From contig OX337239.1 of assembly GCA_946965045.2 (NCBI GenBank), positions 186,001 to 250,000 of the forward strand: 64,000 bases of DNA, written 5' to 3'. The position numbers and the translations under genes were made by a program. Positions 57,156 to 64,000 of this stretch are shown one piece after another. Source of the DNA: Epithemia pelagica (Eukaryota > Protista > Bacillariophyta). Position 1 is the stretch's first letter. The number at the start of each line of letters is the position of its first letter. The notes beneath the pieces were generated by a model, which was given only the letters and a program-made list of their open reading frames with translations, ran no database searches and was not told the origin of the DNA.

Positions 57156-58373
57156 TTATTTGGTTGGAACTTTGCCGGTGGCCAACAAACGAGTAAATAA
57201 CCAACTGTTCTTGTCCACTAGTGAAAGTGTCTCGAACGACTTTTTCGGGTAATAACCACCAATCACAGAAATACCATTCGACAAGGACACCGTAGTACAA
57301 CCAAACCTCTTTTCTTCCACATCCCGAAGACTCCAAGCAAAATTTTTCACAACATCTAGAACTTCCACAGAACGTGATGTTTCACTGTTGTTCGCCCTGT
57401 TTCCTCCTGCAACGACAAGGCAGGAGCCCACTCGGACTACAGCATGTGTCTCTCGAGACATGCTCAGAGTGAGATCCTTGTGTATCATCCAGGCCTTGGA
57501 CAATGGGAACAAAGATGTCGCACTATTCGCTTTCTTGTCCAACAATTCATCAAACTCCAGATATTCGACCGAGCTCGAATAGCGCCACCCGCCAACAGCA
57601 TAGATGCGTCGACCAATCACAGCCATTCCAAAATAGCATCGATATTTTTCCATCGATGGTCCAGATATGACCAAACATGAATTTCCAAAGGCCGTGTCGA
57701 GGATGTCAACCGATGATAAATCATTCAATCCATTGAACCCCCCTGCCACCACAATAAATCTGTCGTGTACAACAGCCGCGGCACACCCTTTTCGTTTCAT
57801 TGACAAACGACAGTTCAACATCGTCCATCCATTCGCGCTGCTGGTGGAAGATGATGATGAATGCTGAATCAACTCCTCAACATTGATGCGTTCAATCGAA
57901 TCCAAGTAAGATGAGCCGTTAAATCCACCAATGGCGTAAACAGCGCCATTGCATACCACCGAGGCATGATTGATCCGTCTTTCTTTCATAGGTGGTCCTT
58001 CTTGCCACTTCGTGCGATGAACATTGAAAAGAATCACCGAATTTGTGTAACCGGCGGAAATTTCCAGCATGCGTCCTCCGAGTATCACCACGTTCTCGTC
58101 GTGATTCGTGATTGGATCATGCACGACATTCGACGTGTGGTGCACCCGATTCCCTCCCAACAGTGGAGGCCAACTGGATGACCTCCAAATGGGACCAGTT
58201 CTGTCTCTGTCATTGTCAAACACAAGTCCTGATAAGAATGCTTGTTCATGCATCTCCATTGTGGTGATCCTTTGTTCAGGGAAAAAAGTTTGTCTTCGAG
58301 CGATGTTCTGTTTTCGTGGCAGAAAGGGATAAGCACTTTTTGTCGAAAGGAAACCGTGCACAGATCTCATCAT
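57156..58373 (-). CDS. Stand-alone Kelch-repeat protein (copy 4)
   Basis: EQAFLSGLVFD..WPPLLGG, six Kelch-type blades, C-terminal VDKNSWLFTRLL. Confidence 0.87.
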   Translation of the reverse strand: MMRSVHGFLSTKSAYPFLPRKQNIARRQTFFPEQRITTMEMHEQAFLSGLVFDNDRDRTGPIWRSSSWPPLLGGNRVHHTSNVVHDPITNHDENVVILGGRMLEISAGYTNSVILFNVHRTKWQEGPPMKERRINHASVVCNGAVYAIGGFNGSSYLDSIERINVEELIQHSSSSSTSSANGWTMLNCRLSMKRKGCAAAVVHDRFIVVAGGFNGLNDLSSVDILDTAFGNSCLVISGPSMEKYRCYFGMAVIGRRIYAVGGWRYSSSVEYLEFDELLDKKANSATSLFPLSKAWMIHKDLTLSMSRETHAVVRVGSCLVVAGGNRANNSETSRSVEVLDVVKNFAWSLRDVEEKRFGCTTVSLSNGISVIGGYYPKKSFETLSLVDKNSWLFTRLLATGKVPTK

Positions 58374-58799
58374 GTGTGTTGTGCACGACTCGTCCGTTCC
58401 TGCGAGTTTCGTTGCTTGCTTTCCCAGCGTAGGAAATCACTGTATGTGGTCGTTCCCAGCTTTGCTTCGTTCCTGCTTACGATGCTGAGAGACTCTGCTG
58501 AAGTTGGCGTGGAGTGATAAACGGCTCTTCTTGGTCAGACACACATGATGCGATAAAGAATCGTGCATGTGGAAGGTATGGCGTATTTGTGCATACAATA
58601 TCCTTTGATACACAATTTTGGTTCGTTGCGTGTGAACAAGCACGCCACGAAGAGAACAAAAGAGGTGCTGAATCTGATCGCAAGTCGACCGACGCATCGA
58701 AATCCATCACACCAGCAGTTTGGTCTCACCGTTTCCGGAAGCGAACGAGAGTCAGTTTAGTCTCTCCAACAAGGCAATAAGTGGTACTGTTGGAAGGTT

Positions 58800-59950
58800 A
58801 CTACCATCAGATCTTTGTGTGTCATGTTCTCCTGGCGGAGATCAAAGACTTCCTAGTTCCTTTACGCTTGCAGCATCATGAAGATGTGTCCTTCAACCTC
58901 TCAGTCTCACAGACTGCATCTCCTCAAGGTAGTATATACTGTATGAGCGAGGACTTGTTCCAGAACGTAGGACACAAACGAATCTTGATAGATCCAGGAG
59001 GACAACCGAGCAGCCGTGCCCACCATGGTTCCAGATTCCAACCACCCACGATATAGATACTCGTACAGAATTTGACACTGGCAGGACCCTTCTTGTACTG
59101 GCTCTGAGAGGAACGTTTCGTTTGATTGAAAGTCGAATTTTGGGTCCGTGCATTTATTAGACCTCTCCAGGATACCAATTTTGATTCGCATCAAGCCCTG
59201 GAAAAAGTGCATGTCAAAAAGTTGAGACGATACAGAGGTTCAAGGAAACCACACGCCGGACATACACACCACAGAGTATCGTCGCTCTCTTCTTTGACAG
59301 TCATGGTCTACTATACAATACGGAGGCCCTCTTGCGGCTCATCTGCCTCCTCTGGGGCTTTGATCTCTGCATTCGATTCGACGGGCAGTTGGAGAAACTC
59401 GGTTTCCGCAAATGCATCATTTCCTTTGGCGAACGGAGCATTCGAGGCCATCATTTCCTCATGGCGGCGTACCGTGTCCATGTCCGCATCATCATGAATT
59501 ATGAATCTCAAGTAAGCTCGAAAAGATCTTTTGCCGGATGTTTTGCTCTTTTTGCTTATCGCGGATCTGTCGCGTAAAAAAGTTCTACCACGCCGGCCTC
59601 TGTGATGTGTGCGCCGGCGGATATGAGAGCATGCCGAGCCTCACTCTCGAAGAGCGATAGAGGCGGCACACAATAACGAAGTCTTTCTCTTAATTGAGGG
59701 CTTCAACTCTTGTCGTTTGTTCGTCTTTGTAGTATCGATCGATCGACCATGGAACGGCCACTCCGTGCCAGGTTACTACTGTTTGGCGTGGATTCCCAAT
59801 CAAGACAAGTGATGAAAAGGGTCCTACAAATAATGCTGCTGAAATGTTGGTGATGTGAAAAGTGTGCTACTTCACCAAGAGGTTTTGAACCATTTGTCGT
59901 CCTCCACGAACCCAGTGATCACGGTCATCGTTTGACCTTCTGGACAGGCA
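58800..59950 (-). mobile_element. Decayed hAT-like transposase remnant 1
   Basis: Diverged direct repeat of 62030-63870. Fragments DPKF, EPWW..ARLLGCP and LRRCSL..VEGHIF resemble hAT C-terminal motifs; many stops. Confidence 0.45.
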
Positions 59951-60448
59951 TCTTCCTGGAGAGGTCAATAGCAGTGTTCCACTCAGAGCAAGCAGCGAGT
60001 TGGAAACAGGAACCAAACGAATCTCTCCTTTGATGGTCCTTCAGTTCACTGGCAGTATAACAGCACAGAACTTGATGCCATGGAGCGAGAGTAAGATCGT
60101 AGACCGTCTTTTCTGGAAACGTCGAAACCAAACTTCTGGTGTTATGGATAGGGATCGGTCGATCGCAAGCCGACCGACCGAACAAAAATGATCACGTTCA
60201 GCACCTCTGTTGTTCCTTCGCCCTTCCCCAGGCGGCATGCTCATCGAGCCTAGACACGCTGTGCCTTCCAGAAGAACGAGCATGTGCTCCTCTATAACAG
60301 CAAAGAGAGTGTGTGTCTCATGGGGAGAAATCGTGGATCACTCCACGCCAACTATAGCAGTCTCTCAGCAAAAGCTTGGAACGAAGCTTTCCTACGCCAA
60401 AACTCCAGGCCACGTATCACGCTCCATCGTATGACCTGAGTCGTTGGG

Positions 60449-61684
60449 GTGAGGTTTGTGCATGGATTCTCCCAAAGTGTAAAGCCATACCACAAAAAAC
60501 GGGGGAACGTCGCTCGACGACAAGTTTCTTCACCTGAACAAAGGATATCGTTGATGGAGATTACCGAACAAGCATTCTTATCAGGACTGGTGTTTGACAA
60601 TGACAAAGGCCAAAAAGGTCCCATTTGGAGGCCATCCAGTTGGCCTTCATTGTTGGGAGGGAATCGGAAGTACCACGCATCGATTGTTGTGCGTCATCCA
60701 TCCACAAACCATGACGAGACTGTGGTGATAGTCGGAGGGTTCATGCAGGAAACTACCTATGTCACAAATTCGGTGATTTGTTTAAGTGATGATCGTACGA
60801 AGTGGCATGAAGGACCCCCTATGCAAGAGAAACGGGAAAGACTTGCTTCGGTGGTTTGCAATGGTGCTGTTTACGCCATTGGCGGAAACAACGGCTTTTC
60901 TTATTTGGATTCGATTGAACGTGTCCCGGTCAGCTATCTACTTCATTCAACATTATCGTCCACCTGCAGCGCGAATGGATGGACAATGTTGAATTGCCGT
61001 TTGTCTACGAAGCGAAGAGGGTGTGCCGCCGCGGTTGTACACGACAGATTTGTTGTGGTGGCAGGGGGACACAATGGAAATATATTTTTATCATCGGTTG
61101 ACATCCTCGACACGGCATATGGAAATTGTTGCTTAGTCATATCTGGACCATCGATGGATAAACCTCGAAGTTTTTTTGGAATGGCTGTGATTGGTCAACG
61201 CATCTATGCTGTTGGCGGGTGGCGCTATTTGAACTCGGTCGAATATCTGGAGTTTGATGAATTGTTGGACAAGAAAGCGAATAGTGCGACATCTATGTTC
61301 CCATTGTCCAAGTCTTGGACGAGACACCATGATTTCACTCTGAGAATGTCTCGAGACGACCATGTTGTTGTCCAAGTAGGCTCCTGTATGGTTGTTACAG
61401 GAGCTTTCGACACGAGTGTCGTCTCCCGATTGTTCTATTCTGTCGAAGTTCTGGATGCAGTGAATAATGTTGTTTGGAGGCTTCCGGATATAAGAGTGAA
61501 TACGTATGGTTGTAGCATGGTGTCCTTGTCGAATGGTATTACTGTGATCGATGGGAATTCCATGCCAGAGCCGTTCGAAACACTTTCACTAGTGGACAAG
61601 AACAGTTGGACACTTTCACTAGTCGACAAAAACAGTTGGTTGTTTGCTCGTTTGTTAGCCATCGGCAAAGTTCCAATTGAATGA
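60449..61684 (+). CDS. Stand-alone Kelch-repeat protein (copy 5), inverted paralog of copy 4
   Basis: EQAFLSGLVFD..WPSLLGG; Kelch blades; C-terminus TLSLVDKNSW-TLSLVDKNSWLFARLL. Confidence 0.87.
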   Translation: MRFVHGFSQSVKPYHKKRGNVARRQVSSPEQRISLMEITEQAFLSGLVFDNDKGQKGPIWRPSSWPSLLGGNRKYHASIVVRHPSTNHDETVVIVGGFMQETTYVTNSVICLSDDRTKWHEGPPMQEKRERLASVVCNGAVYAIGGNNGFSYLDSIERVPVSYLLHSTLSSTCSANGWTMLNCRLSTKRRGCAAAVVHDRFVVVAGGHNGNIFLSSVDILDTAYGNCCLVISGPSMDKPRSFFGMAVIGQRIYAVGGWRYLNSVEYLEFDELLDKKANSATSMFPLSKSWTRHHDFTLRMSRDDHVVVQVGSCMVVTGAFDTSVVSRLFYSVEVLDAVNNVVWRLPDIRVNTYGCSMVSLSNGITVIDGNSMPEPFETLSLVDKNSWTLSLVDKNSWLFARLLAIGKVPIE

Positions 61685-62029
61685 GAGGAACGTGTACGCG
61701 GAACGATATTGAGAGGTGAAGAGAGGTTGTGTTCTTGCTCTCAATTTTTCAATCTTTCGTTCGAAGCTTCTAGAGTAACGTTTACTCAGTTTTTACTCGA
61801 ACAATAGATGATCGTTGAGGGATATGCTTTTTTTGCGCGGGCAGGAACCTTCTTTCTCGATCCCGGGCTCTGTGTCTTGGTTGTGATGATTGAAAGAGCT
61901 TTGGTAGTCCTCATGGTCGCCTGCTGGTGTCAACTGTCACATTCGGGCAATCGATCACCGTGTTTGAACGTTGGTTTCAATTTGCACATGTTTCAAATCT
62001 CTCCGATGCTTCTATACCACCTCCAAGAG

Positions 62030-63500
62030 CCATGAATGTACTCAAACGATAATACTTTAGTGTACCAAAGTCGTTTGTGCGACACCTGGTTGTTGGAAAA
62101 ACAAAATCCCAGCTTTGATTCAAAAGACATTTCCCACGTACCCAAGGTCGGCCGCCGACGGCCATGGGGATCTCTACCCCCAACTCGCATGAGGATAACG
62201 GGAAACCCATGCACACCCGCGCCAATTTCCAAACATTGGAATATTTCAAAGTGTTCTCTTTCCACCAATCCTACCGAGGGTCCTAAACTCGTTGTTGGTC
62301 TTTGGATCGGCGGGGCAGTCCTGTGGCGGATTGGTATCCATGGAGCTCAATTTGACCTTTGGAAAGAAAAGTCATTTTCTTGGACCTTGGATCTGGAGCA
62401 TAGGTCTTACAGGATGCCAGATGACACCCGAGCTGTTGCGAGCCAACTCCACCAAGTTCACCGAGGGATTCATGAAAGTAGACTTGATCCTGGATGACAT
62501 GAAGGAATGGTCCCAATACTTCCATGAAATACACACTGCAATGCGATGCCAAGTTTGAATTGCACATACTATTTTCCGTTCCGTAGGATATAAAGGAAAC
62601 CACACGCTTGGCGCATCACAGAGGATCGTCGCTTTTTCGTAGACAGGCATCCAAAACTATGCCGGGTTGGGGCCCTTTTGATGTCGGCATTCGTTTCGAC
62701 TGTCAGCAGGAGAAACTCGGTTACCATGGATGTTTCCTTGTCCTTGGCAATCGAAGCATTTGCGGCAACCATCTTCTCATCATGGCGTGCGGTATTCTTG
62801 TCCGCATAATCATCATAGTCTTCTTCTTCTTCTTGTTCCGTAACTGTGAGTTTGATAGAAAATGATGCTCCTCGTCGAGTGGCTTCCCAACACTGCCAAA
62901 AAGTGAATCGCCAACCAAAAGCACACGCTCTGCCATTCCTGACAACGTTTCACTTCTGTGAAGACGCTTGTAGCGAGATACTACACATCATCGTGCATGG
63001 ACCGGATGAGTCAAGCCTTTTGGTTTCGAAGACTTCCACAGAGCCCTTGTCGAAAGATCGCTCCTGTCCTATCGCGGATCTATCGCGTAAAACCCAATCA
63101 CACTTTCGCGCAAGCCGGCATGCGATGATCGCCGGTCGGTGTAAAAGCAAGCCGAGACCACCTTTGAAAAAGCGATGGATGCCACACAATAACAAGCGGA
63201 AAAGTCTTTCTCTCGTCATCTTGTTTTCTTTTGATCCATCGACTATGGAATTTGGAATGGCTACTCAGGGCCAGGTTTCTACTGCTTGGCGTCGAGTCCC
63301 GATCAAGACAAATGATGAAACAATGGTTCTAGGCCATTGACATTGACCACACTCCTACCAATGCTGCTGCTGTAAAAAGTGTGCTAATTGAAAACTTGAC
63401 CAAGAGTTCGGTCTCGAACCATTCTTTGTCGTCCTTGACGACGGACCTATGTGATAGCGATGGTGCATGGTTAACACATCTGCATCGTGTGAACCTTTGG
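62030..63500 (-). mobile_element. Decayed hAT-like transposase remnant 2
   Basis: DPRSKKMTFLS, then ELHGY...LP...*DPR*DWWKENTLKYSNVWKLARVCMGFP, resembling the hAT dimerisation domain (DPLxWWK..YPxLxxLAR.xL.IP); interrupted by stops. Confidence 0.6.
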
Positions 63501-64000
63501 ACATATATTATCTTGCAGGGCTTGATGTGAATCGGTATCCTGGAGTGGTAAATGCGTCGATCCACAAGTCGAGCCAAATCACTCAAGAGAGGAATGTTTC
63601 TCTCACAGGCACTTGGTTCCATTCAAACCACCAAGCTAGTTTACAAGGAGATGTTGTTTCATTCGTTATTACCAAGGATTCATGTGTGGAGGTGCGACTG
63701 GGCAATCTTTTGTCGGTTTAGTCACCAGACCTTTGATTCACATGTCTTTCTAAAGAGCGTGCGTCAAATCCTCGTTGAGGAGGAAGAAGGAGACTTACCC
63801 ATCAACCCAGAGCAAACAGCGAATTTAAAACAGGAATCAAACGAGTCCTTTGCATGATTCTTCAGTGGTTCAGTGTGTGAGCATAAAGCTGCTCTTGAGT
63901 CGCCGCAACACCAAGGACCAAAGCAGCGATCCATTGTGCACTCAGACAAGAGCACTATGTGTGTGTGGGACAGGGCCGATTTCTTTCGAAATGGGCAGGG

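Overview
Eukaryotic nuclear DNA, most likely a pennate diatom (inference from short GT-AG introns, CAA/GA microsatellites, PPi-PFK, PPDK, an EF-hand NCKX loop and RXL-motif secreted proteins). Apparently intact genes: PHD-bromodomain protein, multi-KH (vigilin-like) protein, TCP11-like protein, two-domain glyoxalase I, PI4-kinase III beta, PPi-dependent PFK, tandem-rhodanese sulfurtransferase and two secreted/surface proteins. These are interleaved with (i) a run of co-oriented, deletion-eroded gene remnants (about 0.45-7.5 kb) plus a PPDK remnant, (ii) an expanded family of stand-alone Kelch propeller genes (4 intact, 1 frameshifted, 1 fragment), two of them next to decayed hAT transposase remnants, (iii) a transposon cluster at 28.9-33.7 kb: a 1.4 kb element with perfect 85 bp TIRs, a 79 bp micro-hairpin, and an apparently intact two-gene PIF/Harbinger-type element with a large central palindrome, and (iv) two paralogous secreted precursors with a conserved 6-Cys peptide bracketed by RXL-type sites. 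The best candidates for something undescribed are the 6-Cys RXL precursors, a tRNA-like A/B-box head directly upstream of a long fold-back (19.0-19.5 kb), an IBB-like/CaMK fusion lacking the DFG aspartate, and a GPI-type tandem ABM-fold protein. All calls were made by eye; no searches were run.
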